A stretch of DNA of 64,000 nt from Felis catus. Its lineage: Eukaryota. The DNA is taken from positions 131,938,001 through 132,002,000 of the forward strand of contig NC_058368.1 in the NCBI RefSeq assembly GCF_018350175.1, read 5' to 3'. Numbering within the stretch: the first letter of the stretch is position 1; every line of letters begins with the position of its first letter. Shown one piece after another: positions 26,741-39,320 of this stretch. The translations under genes were made by a program, and so were the position numbers. The notes under the pieces were generated by a model. The model searched no databases and was not told the DNA's origin. It worked only from the letters and a program-made list of their open reading frames with translations.

Positions 26741-27373
26741 CTATCTCAAGTTTTACTTCTTTCCTGCACTCAGACAAGCAATTTCTTTTCCATCTGATTT
26801 TTATATGGACATCATAAATTGTCTGTGGTTTTTGGTTGACATGGTGAGAAGTCAGGCCTCTCAGATGACTAGGACTTAACCATTCTTGTCTTTACTGTTC
26901 TCCTCATGCTTAATCTGCTGATGTAAAGGACCAAGCATAAGCTTGCATCAACTAGAACTCAGTTTAGTTGTTAGTATGCATATCTATGCGGCCACTTGGT
27001 ATTTCCTTTAGATTTATATTTTACATCTTGTTTGAGTACCTTTTTTTATACATCAGTCACTTATTTTACTTTCTTTTGATCCTTTGTTTTCTAAAAACTA
27101 AAAACATTTCTTTTATCAACACCTTGTGATAGTTCCATTCCAGCCATGTTTCTATATATTATCTTACTGCTACTTCCTAAAAAGGAAACATTCCCTCCAG
27201 CCAGCAACTGTTCCACCTTGTTCCTCATCACTAGGGCTGGCACCAGTTCAAGTTCTGTCAACACTGTTCCATCAGATAAAGCTGCTGGTAACACAGAGGA
27301 TGAGAGGGGGCAGTGTGCATGCACACGATTCAAGTACCAATGAGCAAACTAATAGTATTCTTACTGCTTCCAT
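26741..27373 (-). pseudogene. Nested antisense pseudogene B, exon 1: signal peptide plus long pro-like region
   Basis: Kozak ctAACATGG. MEAVRILLVCSLVLESCACTLP[fs in C5 run]LSSSVLPAALSDGTVLTELELVPALVMRNKVEQLLAGG...; RWKR at 26784-26795; donor AG|gtaact. Confidence 0.55.
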
Positions 27374-27854
27374 GTTAGCCTGTGTGCCCACTTGCTTGAA
27401 GTCTAGTCTAATTCAGCTGTACCTCAGTGCTGATGGTAACAACTGCCCATGTGTGTATCAGCATCTGTCTGATACTAATTGAATCGTGTGGCTAAGAACT
27501 CATGTTTTCTGGTTTTCATTGACAAAATGGTTAATAATTAACCATAAGTACAACATCTTTATATCAACATCATTTTTAATATGCTAAAAGCCTCATCAGA
27601 ATATAAGCAGTCTGCCTGCAATCTGTTATCATCTGTATTATTTCACTAGTTATTAACAGAACTGGATAAGCTTCACTTTTTAGACAATGTTACACAGCAT
27701 GGGAAGTTCCAGTTCATGTAGCATGGTAACGATCTTCTAGAAAGCAAGAAAAGAAGTGTCAGACAGAAATATTCCCTAGGGACTTACCCTCTCTGTGGAA
27801 AGAAAACTGGCATTACATGCAAAGTTTTTTGGATAGAGCATTATATCATTGTGA

Positions 27855-28030
27855 CTGATAGGCCTCAACCCCAGAGTTTCAGAATTGGTAGGTGTGGGGT
27901 AGGGTCCAATAATTTGCATTTCTCATAAGCTCCCAGGTGATGCTGATGCTTTAGGTCCAGGCTCACACCTTAAGAACCACTCCTCTACCCAACATTAGGA
28001 GAGTGGTTCTCCAACATTAGAATCACCTAT
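27855..28030. mobile_element. MER5-like hAT-Charlie remnants
   Basis: atttgcatttctcataagctcccaggtgatgctgatgct...aagaaccact. Confidence 0.8.
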
Positions 28031-28338
28031 AAACAACAACAAAAATATCACTGTGTCCCAAGGGGTAACCCTCATTCTGAACACTACCAGCCAACCATGT
28101 TGAATCAAATTCTTTGTTATGTGATCACTTTAGTTGTGCCAAATCAGAAAAGATTTAGTCAAAATCTTCAATCTCTGAATTCTCCCCAGTTAGTACGATC
28201 CTTGCCAATTCTGCTAAGTGCAGTTTCCAGGAAGTCACACCATCTTCATTTCTTGTTTCATCTTTACCTTGGTGGTCTCCTGTGAGCCTCTCAGAATCCC
28301 TTTACCTGTTAGTCTAGGCTATAGGGTCAAGGTTAGAG

Positions 28339-28699
28339 CAGAGTTTTTCCAATTGTAGCCATTAATTCACTGGTGGATAAAAATCAGTAGTGTATCTTAA
28401 TCAACATTTTTTATTTAATGAAATGGCAGAGACCAGAAAACAGAAGAGTGAATCATGTAGTTAGGATAAGTATTGTTTTATGAGATTTTGAATTTTTTCA
28501 TTATATTTTGTTGAACAATATAAAATTGCCCATCTTTGTAATTGAACAAAATAGAATGTCAGTAGTTTCATGTGTTTTAACCTTATATATAGTTTTGTAT
28601 ATAGCTGTATACCAAACATATATGTGTCCAGTTAATAAGAAAATATATTTCCTATAATACGTCACTGTCCAAAGAGTTAAAAAAAACAAAAAACCACTG
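28339..28699 (+). mobile_element. Charlie4-like hAT remnant
   Basis: ggataagtattgttttatgag internal motif; ends aaaaccactg. Confidence 0.55.
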
Positions 28700-30377
28700 G
28701 GTTTGAATAAATGTCTAATAGCATTGTGCTCAATAAGCCCCCCAAAAGCCTACAGAATGTTTTTCCCTAGTTCTCAAGTAGCCAGCCTCTGCTACATAGA
28801 ACAAGGCTAATTCATGTGAAAGAGTTACTTTATATTTAATTGTGAAACTGTATTAATAACTAATAGTCATTTAAACAGTATTCATGATTAATAGGCAGTA
28901 TTTCAAGTGCTTACTTGAATTTTGGTGTGCAGATGAACTGTAAGATTTAGAGATGTTCAGAGCAATGAGAACTGCTATAGTCAGAGTCTGATTACAGGGA
29001 AGGGGCACACTCCTGTAACATCTTAATTTCTCTACCAAGAGTTCAATAGATTATAGAACCTTGATTCCACAGAGGAAATAATCTATATGTCAGAAAGCAT
29101 GAATAGTACACACTTCTGAAGAAACAGGATCAGGAAACAGTTCCACCTGGAAAACCACTAGCTTTAATGTGGTCAAGGACCTTTCTGATTGGGAAGACTT
29201 ATCAAATCTTCAGAGCTCATAGTACCTTACAAAAGAGCTTTAATTTTATTTAGTTGGTGTTTTTTAGTTTTTCTTTCAAATGTAATTTTTCTTTTAAGAA
29301 CCTTGGGAAATGTAGAAATTACAACCTGAGGAAAATTTATTATCTTACTTAGAAAATAAAAAATTTCCTAAGACTTCCTAAAATGAATGTGAAATCCAAG
29401 ACCTTGGAAAATTATTTTGTGTACTGTTTTATTGTGTAGATACCTAGATGTATTTTTAGAAAAAACATCATTCATCATGTGTCAATGAGGGATTAGTGTT
29501 TGCATATTTTTCTGAGTGAATGGAATTAGATTTAGATGTGAAAAGACTACAGTATCCTCAAAACAAATCTGTTCTCTGTACATTTTTCTTACAAACTCCA
29601 CCCCCTTTCCTACAGGTTTCTAGCCTGTGTCTCATGACCTACCATGACCATTTTAGCCACAATTTTTCTGTTGGGCTATTTTAACAACCTGCTAACAGGC
29701 TGCCAACAGATCTCTGTCGCTAATCTCAGATCCTGCCAATACATTCTGTGTGTGGCTTTTCTTAAACACAAACTTGATCATGTGTCAATCCCCTTCATAA
29801 AATTATTTAATGGCATCTCATTTCCTACAGGATGAAATCCTTTGCATGCCATACAAGGCCCAACGTGGCTAAACTTTGCCTGCCACACCAGTCTCATCTC
29901 TCATGGATTGTATGCTCCATATAGGCTAAACCTTTCCACACACCAAGCTCACCTCAGCTATTTCCCACATCAGCTCTCGCTGTCACAACTTCCTGGAATG
30001 CCTTCTGTATGTGATGAATATTGCCTCAGTATTCAAGTTGCCGTTTAAGGTCCTTTCTCTAAAATGGCTTTTCTGATCTCTCCTTCATCACTAGACCAGT
30101 GGTTCCCAAGCTTTTCTGTACATTAGAATCATCTGGAAATTCCAAAGCTCAGAAAGTGAAACCCAGGTGTCAGTACTTTCTGAAGCTCCCCGGATATCAG
30201 GTCAGGATGTTTTCAAAATTCACCTATATCTTCCTGGATTTATTTTATTTTTTTACTTTTATTTTTAATTGCTTAAGCCACCTGAAAATTATTTAGTCCA
30301 TGATGTGGAGTGAGGATACAAGGTTTCTAATTTAGCAGGTGAAAGAGACAACCTACCAGTCATTAATACAACATGGT

Positions 30378-30583
30378 TGGGCGCCTGGGTGGCTCAGTCG
30401 GTTAAGCGTCCGACTTCAGCCAGGTCACGATCTCGCGGTCCGTGAGTTGGAGCCCCGCGTCGGGCCCTGTGCTGACAGCTCAGAGCCTGGAGCCTGCTTC
30501 AGATTCTGCATCTCCCTCTCTCTCTGCCCCTCCCCTGCTCATGCTCTCTTTCTGTCTCAAAAATAAATAAAAACATAAAAAAA
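30378..30583 (+). mobile_element. Young felid SINE (SINEC_Fc-type)
   Basis: CpG-rich head; TSD aatacaacatggt at 30365-30377 and 30584-30596. Confidence 0.96.
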
Positions 30584-30749
30584 AATACAACATGGTATAT
30601 ATCCTCCTGAAGGTTTGAGGGAGCAAAAGCAAGGCAATTAAATCTAGATGGCAGCATTACCTCTCTAGATACACAAACCCAAGTAGACTCATCAGTTATT
30701 TAGACCATTGGTCTCCAAAAATGTTTTATTGCACTGACACCATAAAGTT

Positions 30750-31181
30750 TTTTCTTTATTTTATTTTTAAGAGTTTTATTTAGATAGAGTTCACATACTG
30801 TACAATTCACCCATTTAAAGTATGTGATTCAATGACTTTTGCTATATTCATTAGGTATCTTCAACTATCAGCACAGTCAATTTTAGAACATTTTCATTAT
30901 CTCAGAAGACACTGTCCCCTTTACTGTCTCCTGCTATAGACTCTGCCTTCCTTCCCCCAGCCCTGGGTAACCACTAATCTCCTTTATGCCTCTATAGATT
31001 TCTATGTTATAGACATTTCATATGAATGTGGTTGGCTTCTTTCACTTAGCATATTTTCAGTGTTCTTCTGTGTTGTAGGATGTATCAAATACTTCATTCC
31101 CCATTATGGATAAATGATATTCCCTTTTATAGCTATACCACATGTTGTTTATCTCTTTGTCAACTGATGGACATTTGGGTT
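30750..31181 (-). mobile_element. Old L1 3' fragment
   Basis: acaattcacccatttaaagt...actgatggacatttgggtt. Confidence 0.85.
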
Positions 31182-31292
31182 ATAAAATAAATTTTAAGTG
31201 TATTTATGACTCATTTGTAGAGATTACTGAACATTATACTTACTATATATAACATACACAAAAAATAATAGTTTAATACAAATAGCATTCTT

Positions 31293-31417
31293 GGGGTGCC
31301 TGTTGGTAGAGCCTCTTGATCTCAGGGTCATGAGTTCAAGCCCCATGCTGGGCATAAAGCTTACTTTAAAAATAAATAGATAAAGAAATAAATGTATTAC
31401 CATTAGATAGATAGATA
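31293..31417 (+). mobile_element. Short SINEC_old-type SINE
   Basis: TSD aaatagcattct at 31280-31291 and 31418-31429. Confidence 0.88.
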
Positions 31418-32924
31418 AAATAGCATTCTAACATTTTCTTGTCACCTCTCGAGTGGGTCATTTTGTACACTAGAAATCTCTCACTTTTACAAATTTTGAA
31501 GCTACTGGTTCAGGTGAGTAAGTTCGTTGAATGAATGCATTCCAGACAGAGGATACAGTGCATGCAAATGCATGGAGATAAAAGAAAGCATGGCACCTTT
31601 TCTTATCTTGCAAGTTTTAAGTGTGGAACAGAGAGTGGGAAGGATATGGAATTTTTCATGCAGCCATTTTTACCCTCTCCCTTTACTATAACCATTTAGG
31701 CTTACCAACAAAACATCTATTTACTCTTGGAACACCTAAGAAAGAATAAAAGTTTTATTATATTATGTAAGTCTATATTTTTATTGTTATTATTTGGCAG
31801 TGTATATTAGACACTGTATTACTATATTTTCCCTCTAGAATCAACCTTACACTTTGGTCTCCTTTCAGATAAAGCCAACCAAGAATTAGCATCAGTTTCC
31901 TTTTCACCGCTTTTTTCTGTGTTTTTGTTTGTTTGTTTGTTTGTTTAATATCTTAGTTGCAGTATTACTGTGACATGAGGAGACTGGCTTGAGTCAGTGA
32001 TAAAAAAACAACATCAAAAATAAATCCTCTGTACTCTCCCTTCCTTAAAACCCACGGAGAAGTCCCTTACACTTTATTCCACACCATGATAAGTTGCCAT
32101 ATGAGGCATATATAGAAGAATAATTATGTTTTTTCTTACTGATTTGATTGTAGTTGAAGAGAAAATGGTTGCACTATTTACTCTACCACAGCCAAGGACT
32201 TTGCTGGTCTGTGGTATCTTGTGAAGATGCTAGGCAGACTACTGGGATAGAATCCAGTCAACTCAGTTTCTCAGAAATATTTCTCAAGGTTGGCTTGCTT
32301 ATTTTTCTATTATGCATACTTTTACTGTTTTGGATAGTTTAACAGTGTATCATACTAATTAATTCACTACCTTAAATGCCTTTAAGGAAATAGTAATTAA
32401 CACTGAATTTACCATCTAAGAAAATAAAGACAAAGCATTTGTGAAGCCAACTCAAGCCTTCACTCCAGTGAGTGACGAAGCTGAGAATAGAATGTGAAGT
32501 TGCTAACTCAAAATATTGAACCCAGTCCATTCAATGTGTTGGCTTTGTTTTGTGACTAAGCCAAAGGTTTTTTTAAAAAATTAATCAGTGAGAATGTGTC
32601 TCTAATTATGTTCTAATCCAAAATAAGAGGGTGAGAAATTTTTCACTTCACCAAGAAAAAAATATAAGATTGCTTTAGTGTAACGATTTTAGCTTATGAA
32701 ATTAATAAGACAAATAAGCCAAATAATCCTTCTTTATTAAAAGATTAATTAATGCCATTTCAAAGCTCAGGCACTTTAAAAAATAATTTTTTTTTCTTTT
32801 CCCTAGCACATGTGTTTTTGTAATATAGAGTTCAGAGACTAACTTTAGTTAATATATCATCTTAATGTATTTCTATTGTTTCCTGATCATGTTTTGGCTG
32901 CCAGTACCACATAAGAAATGTTTA

Positions 32925-33147
32925 GGCGTGCCTGGGTGGCTCAGTTAGTTAAGTGTCTGACTCTTGACTTCAGCTTAGGTCATGATCTCACAGTCGTGAG
33001 ATCTGTGTAGGGCTCTGTGCTGGGCGTGGAGCCTGCTTAAAATTCTCTCCCTCTCTTTCTGCCCCTCTCCTCCCCACCCCACTCGTGCGCTCTTTCTCTC
33101 TCTCTCTCTCTCAATGAATGAATGAATGAATAAATAAATAAATAAAT
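32925..33147 (+). mobile_element. SINEC
   Basis: Head, (CT)n, (AATG)/(AAAT) tail. Confidence 0.93.
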
Positions 33148-33619
33148 ATTACTTAGAAAAAGCAATATTGGGAGACATTAAGGCTAAGGTGGCACTTGAT
33201 GACTGCAGCTTTTCAAGGTTCGGGACAAGGAAGGCCAGTTATTCAGACTACCCTGCTTTGTCCCTACTTTCTCCCCACTCTCTCTTCCAATTACTTTCTC
33301 TAGAAATCCACTTCACTCTCAAAAATCGTCTTCCTTTTTAAAAAAATATCTCAATTAACTCATTTAAATAATCTCTTTCAAGACTCTGAAAATTTACGGA
33401 CACTGTTCAAATTCTCTAGACATAAAATGGTGAAAACAAAAAAGTTCCTGCCCTCTAGGAACTCACATTCTTGGGTCTGCTTTTGGTACTCATGTCAGCC
33501 AGAGCTCACAGGTATTCATTCATCATATACTTTTCCAAACTTCAGCTTTTTTCAGAAGGTTAGGACTTTCCAGGGGCAGTTCCTTCCCTGTTGTATTTAA
33601 ATGAGTTATTCTGCATAAA

Positions 33620-35542
33620 GCACTTAGAATACTCACTGGCACATGGAGAGCCCTATCTGTACAAGTGTTCCATGTTTCATCCTACCAGTATGCCAGCAGA
33701 TGGTGCTTCTTCTTTTTTTCTTTTTTAAGATTTTATTTTTTTTAAGTAATCGCAACACCCAACGTGGGGCTCAGACTCACAACCCCAAGGTCAAGAGTCG
33801 CATGCTCCACCAACTGAGCCAGACAGACACCCCAGATAGTGCTTATTCTTCAGCAAATTCAAAATTATAGGTAAGCCTCATGATAAGAATGTTACATTTG
33901 AACATCTAAATTTATGGAAATATAACTCAATTGTTTTGATAATTTGCTTCACAAAAGGATTTTCCACATTTCTTCCAACTGTAAATATTACTGGTGCTTT
34001 GAAAATATGATTTAATATACAGAAATATTTGTTATTCAAACAAATATGTTAATGAGGCGCCTGGGTGGCTCAGTTGGTTAAGCATCCGACTTCAGCTCGG
34101 TCATGATCTCACAGTTCGTGGGTTTGAGCCCCGTGTCGGGCTGTGTGCTGAAAGCTCAGAGCCTGGAGCCTACTTCGGATTCTATGTCTCCCTCTCTCTT
34201 TCTGCCCCTCCCCTGCTCGCACTCTGTCTTTCTGTCTGTCTCTCTCTCTCTCTCTTAAAATAAATAAACGTTAAAAAACAAAAACAAGGGGCGCCTGGGT
34301 GGCGCAGTCGGTTAAGCGTCCGACTTCAGCCAGGTCACGATCTCGCGGTCCGTGAGTTCGAGCCCTGCGTCAGGCTCTGGGCTGATGGCTCAGAGCCTGG
34401 AGCCTGCTTCCGATTCTGTGTCTCCCTCTCTCTCTGCCCCTCCCCCGTTCATGCTCTGTCTCTCTCTGTCCCAAAAATAAAATAAACGTTGAAAAAACAA
34501 AAACAAAAACAAATAGGCTAATAAAGTGAAAACTATTATATCTACTCCTTGCTTCTTCAAATGAGATTTAATCTTTTGAAGGGAGCTATAGCTATAAAGT
34601 AGCTTACAGACATAAAATATGGTGCCCTATTTTCAGTGCCAAATAATAATACCTCATATTTGTAGAACATGACCAGTTTACCAAGTCTTGTCACATGCCT
34701 CATTACATTTAGTTCTGTAACAGTCCTTACAAGTAGATTGAACAAGTATTATAGTTCTCATTTTGCAAATGAAGAAGCCTAAGCATTAAAAACATTTAAT
34801 ACTCATCCTAAATGAAACAATTTGAGGAGTCAGAAATTCTGTCCAATATTCTTTCCACTCTACAACTGCAATTCATTGTTTCCTTAAAAAATAAAATAAA
34901 ATAAGCCACAAGCAAAATGACCTGTTAGCTGGAAGCCAGAATCAACTGGCTCAGCTGAGGGCTGGCCTACAGTTCACAGCATTACCAGTAAGACTGAGAA
35001 AGGTGACCCCCCCCCCCCCATCCAACTCACACTCCAGCCTCAAGTTCCAGAAAGCATATCTGAACACAGGTCTACTTCAGATGAAGTATAACGTGATGAC
35101 CTTTGTCCTTCCCTCACCTCATCTCAAAATTTAGCTTGTTAGAGATAACATTTAAGATGAGGATTGAGGTAGAGGGGTGAAATATGAGCCAGAATTAGTG
35201 TACCAATAGTAGAGAATATGGTGTAGGCAGGTTCAAAAAGGCTGAGACGGGGGCACTTAGAATACTGACTGGCACATTTTCGGAAAACCTTATTTGTACA
35301 AGTGTTCTACAGATAGGTGATAAGAGTGGCAGAACATTTACCATCCTACCAGTATGCCAGCAGGTAGTGCTTCTTCTTTTTCTTTTTTTTTTTAAGATTT
35401 TATTTTTTTTTAAGTAGTCTCTACACCCAACATGGAGCTCAAACTCACAACCCTGAGATCAAGAGTCATGTGATCCACCAACTGAGCCAGACAGGTATCC
35501 TATATAGTGCTTATTCTTTAGCAAATTCAGAATTACAGGTAA
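33620..35542 (+). repeat. Dispersed direct duplication (33620-33874 and 35253-35542), each copy holding an antisense SINEC_old
   Basis: Shared unique flanks catcctaccagtatgccagcag and atagtgcttattcttNagcaaattc...ggtaa. Confidence 0.92.
34054..34491 (+). mobile_element. Tandem SINEs: young SINEC_Fc (34288-34491) inserted in the tail of an older SINEC (34054-34272)
   Basis: Inner TSD aaaaaacaaaaacaa; outer degenerate TSD aaacaaataNgNtaat. Confidence 0.95.
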
Positions 35543-36469
35543 AAAGTACAGCCAGAAACAACTGGGCATGGTGCTTTTAAGTAATTGCACATTTTTCACA
35601 TTTAAATTAGAATATTCTGATAGATATAGAAAAGTAATTTTATCAGGGTATTTTTCAGAGTTCCTTCCTAAACTAATTAGGGGAAAATCCCAACGAGATT
35701 TTGGGAGTCAGTCTCTCTCTGTCTCTCTCTTACTTACTTGCCTTTGTCCTCTTGTTCACTGAACTACTGAGGCGGGCATTGTTTTCATTAACAGAAGTGT
35801 AGGCATGAGGAAACTTGGAACTCTATCCTCTGTTTTATCAACTAACTCAAACTAGTATCATAATAAGAAAATACTCTTTAATTTTTTTTTTTGTTTGTTT
35901 GTTTTTTAAGAAATGAGTTCAAACAACATACCAATCCAGGGTGTTCAACCCACTTCATTTAGTTTTACAAAAGGCTCATAAATACTTGTAAATGATTTCC
36001 TTTCAGTATAGACCTGCAAGATATGTATTATGGCTGCTCTGTTCCTTACCAAAAAAAAGTATGTGCAGGATCAGATTTTTATCTTATTTTCCTTATTCTC
36101 ATCTTATTCCCCCGTTCTTCACTTTCAGAGAACATTTTTCCTCATCCTCTTGTGCATCCTGCACTACGTTGCCTTCCTGCTTTGGTAGTGATGTCTCTTC
36201 TACCTGCTGTGGCTAAATCTTATTTCTCCTACAAGGCCCAGTTATGCTGCCACTTCCTCCTCTCATCTTTCCCTCTGTCATCCCTGCATGAATTGCATAA
36301 GTACTTTATCAGGACCTCTCTTATGTCATTTGTACCACCACACGGTTAAAGATATATCTTATCCCTTTTCCAGCCTATGAGCTCCTTAATGTCAGGAACC
36401 GTCTATGATTCACTCACTCCCATAGACACTAGTGCTCCCCTCCTTTCCCATAACTGCTCGCCGTGTAAT

Positions 36470-36645
36470 AGAATAAAAACAGCAATGGGGTTTGAAGTCT
36501 GACAGCTCTGATTTCAAATCCTTGGTCTATCATTTATTAGCCATATAACCTTGGGCAAGATACTTAACCTCTCTGAACCTCTGTTTCCTCAAGCATAAAA
36601 TAGAGATGATAATACCTCTTCTGTTGTTCCAGAATTAAGTGAGAA
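36470..36645 (+). mobile_element. MIR
   Basis: accttgggcaagatacttaacctctctgaacctctgtttcctc core. Confidence 0.85.
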
Positions 36646-37022
36646 AGCAGGCTCAGATTTTTTAGCCTTATATCTCAGACATTCTAGGGCCTCAAAAGTG
36701 GTAGGAGTGCTAGTAGCAGTGGTCCTAACTTGTATTTTAGAGGTCATTTTATTGCTTCAGTTTCCTTAGTCACATAGGGAATAAAAAAAATCCCATGCCG
36801 AACCACACATGCAAGTATTTAAGGATTATTTTGAACTGGTCTGTAAACTCTTGTAACTACTCAGGGAAAAGTACCTCATGAATTTACTACAAAACAATAG
36901 AACCCCCCTTTAAGTGCTATTAGAAATGTAGATATTCTGCAGTGTTTAATTTGCTAGGGGTAATCACAGCCTTGGGCAATTGTAGATAGCAGTGCTTTCT
37001 TTAGTATCCTCCCTGACTGGTT

Positions 37023-37213
37023 TCATGAAATCTTTTTATCTTGAAGAATTTTGTATTTTTTTTTCTTCTTGCTACAACAAAGAGTATAAAATTTGTAGTT
37101 TCCATATCCAGAATGACAGTGCAACGTAGGGATATTATCAAAATGGCCATCAAAATGCAAGAATTGTGGGTCACACCATCTGGAGATGTACAAAGTGTGC
37201 TCTATTGAGAGAC
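37023..37213 (-). pseudogene. Putative terminal transmembrane/cytoplasmic exon (assigned to pseudogene A)
   Basis: gatttttgtccccag| acceptor. STLCTSPDGVTHNSCILMAILIISLRCTVIL[fs]GYGNYKFYTLCCSKKKKKYKILQDKKIS*: hydrophobic helix, CC, basic stop-transfer stretch. Confidence 0.5.
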
Positions 37214-37691
37214 CTGGGGACAAAAATCAATCAATCTTTGTGCTAGTACTGGGGTCCAGCTGAGGAAGAATGAGGTAAATTTTAACAGAAACAACAGACT
37301 AGAGCTGACGGGTGGAAAGCTGGAACCCCCAGAAGAAAAGCCTTTCGTGTCCCTCAGTAATTCTCAGTAATCATTTTATAATTGTTTTTTGTGATCATTA
37401 TTAAGAAAAATGGAGAAACATCAGATAAAAACTTTATCAGATAGAGTCTGTGTAATAAAAAAAGAAGTATTAGTAGAAGATAAGACAATTAAGCTCACAA
37501 TTTCATGTTTTAGTGTTCAGAACCTGTCTTTACTGGTAAGAGCTCTGTTCACCTCTTAATTTGTTAGATAAGTTCATTTAATTCATTTGAATTGATTTTT
37601 AGTTTAATATTTTGTGGTAACTAATTTATGTGTTATTATGTAAGTTATTACCAACATGACTGCTATTTGAATTATAAACTCAACAAAGCAA

Positions 37692-37913
37692 GGCCACCTG
37701 GATGGATGAGTCGGTTAAGCGTCCAACTTCTGCTCAGGTCATGATGTCTCCGTTCATAAGTTTGAGCCCCACATTGTGCTCTGTGCTGACAGTTCAGAGC
37801 CTGGACCCTGACTGCTTTGGATTCTTTGTCTCCCTCTCTCTGCCCCTCCCCCATTCATGCTGTGTCTCTCTGTGTCTCAAAAATAAATAAACATTAAAAA
37901 AAAAATTTAAAAA
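37692..37913 (+). mobile_element. SINEC
   Basis: TSD aaactcaacaaagcaa at 37676-37691 and 37914-37929. Confidence 0.95.
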
Positions 37914-38014
37914 AAACTCAACAAAGCAATACACTTAGGGAAATAAAAGGTAAAATTTTGTATTTGGATAGCACTGGGGCATTAAAACAAGTTTTCAAAA
38001 TTTTCTAATATCTT

Positions 38015-38948
38015 CGGTACCTGGGTGGCCCAGTTGGTTACGTGACCAACTCTTGATTTCAGTTCAGGTCATGATTTCATGGTCTCATGATCTCTCAGCC
38101 CATGTGGGGCTCAGTGCAGAGCGTCGAGCCAGCTTGATAGTCTCCCTCTCTTCCTCTCTGCCCCTTTCCCACTCACACTCTCTCTTTCTCTCTCAAAATA
38201 AATAAATAAACTTTTAAAAACTTAATTTAATTTTAAAGATTCGAATTTCTTGGGGCACTGGGTGGCTCAGTCAGTTAAGCTTCCGACTTCGGCTCAGGGT
38301 CATGATCTCACAGATCATGGGTTCAAGCCCCACACTGGGGTCTGTGCTGACAGCTCAGAGCCTGGAGCCTGCTTTGGATTCTGTGTCTCCCTCTCTCTCT
38401 CTCTGCCCTTCCCCAGCTCGTGCTCTGTCTCTCTCTCTCTCAAAAACAAATAAACGTAAAAAAAAATTCTAATATCTTTTTTTTTAATTTTTTTAAAGTT
38501 TATTTCTTTTTGAGAGATGGAGAGAGATAGAGTGTGAGCAGGAGAGGGGCAGAGAGAAAGGGAGACACAGAACTCAAAGCAGGCTCCAGGCTCTGAGCTG
38601 TCAGCAGAGCCTGATGCGGGGCTCGAACTCAGGAACTGTGAGATCATGACCTGAGCCAAAGTTGGAGGCTCAACCAACTGAGCCACCCAGGTGCCCCTAA
38701 AGATTCTAATATCTTAAGGTAAAATAACAAAAATTAAAATTAAGAAGACTCCTAATTAGAGGGGTGCCTGAGTGGCTTAGTCAGATGAGCATCTGACTCT
38801 TGATTTCAGCTCTGGTCATGAGTCCCAAGGTTGTGGGATCAAGCCCCATGTTGGGGTCTGTGCTGAGCATGGAGCCTGGTTGGGATTCTCCCTCTCCTCC
38901 TCTCCCCTGCTCACACTCTCTGTCTCTAAAAAACTAAACCAAAACCAA
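38015..38948. mobile_element. Cluster of four SINECs (+38015-38225, +38252-38465, -38480-38697, +38761-38948)
   Basis: Four heads and tails; last copy has TSD aagactcctaattaga. Confidence 0.95.
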
Positions 38949-39320
38949 AAGACTCCTAATTAGAGAATTAAATCTATATTGGAGATTCATGCCATTTTAT
39001 AAATGGTCACACTGTAGTATAAAGGTGTATAATTTCAAAGTGACTATTAGCTTATAATGAAATACATCTGTGGTGATTACACATTCCAAAAAGAAAGTAC
39101 ACATAGTAGTATAGAGAGAGAGGAAACAACATTGAGTGATCAGAAAATCTGGTTTCTGATATTCCAAGCTTAACACAATCATTTGACCTCTCTGAACCTC
39201 AGTTTTTTCATCTGTAAAGGAACTGGTTATTGCTGCCTAAAAACTTCATAGTACTAATATTTTGTGTTGTGATACTGGACATATTCCTTTTGTACTGAAT
39301 TTAAAAATTAAGATTTAGTA

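Noticed and set aside
26741..27373. Known neuropeptide or neurotrophin precursor
   Set aside because: No recognisable mature peptide after the basic sites; downstream CxxC, Ig and TM exons suggest a membrane protein.
37023..37223. Beta-defensin-like reading of the 66-aa ORF (phase-1 Gly, CC, basic tail)
   Set aside because: Only four Cys with the wrong spacing; a frameshifted TM exon explains the sequence better.
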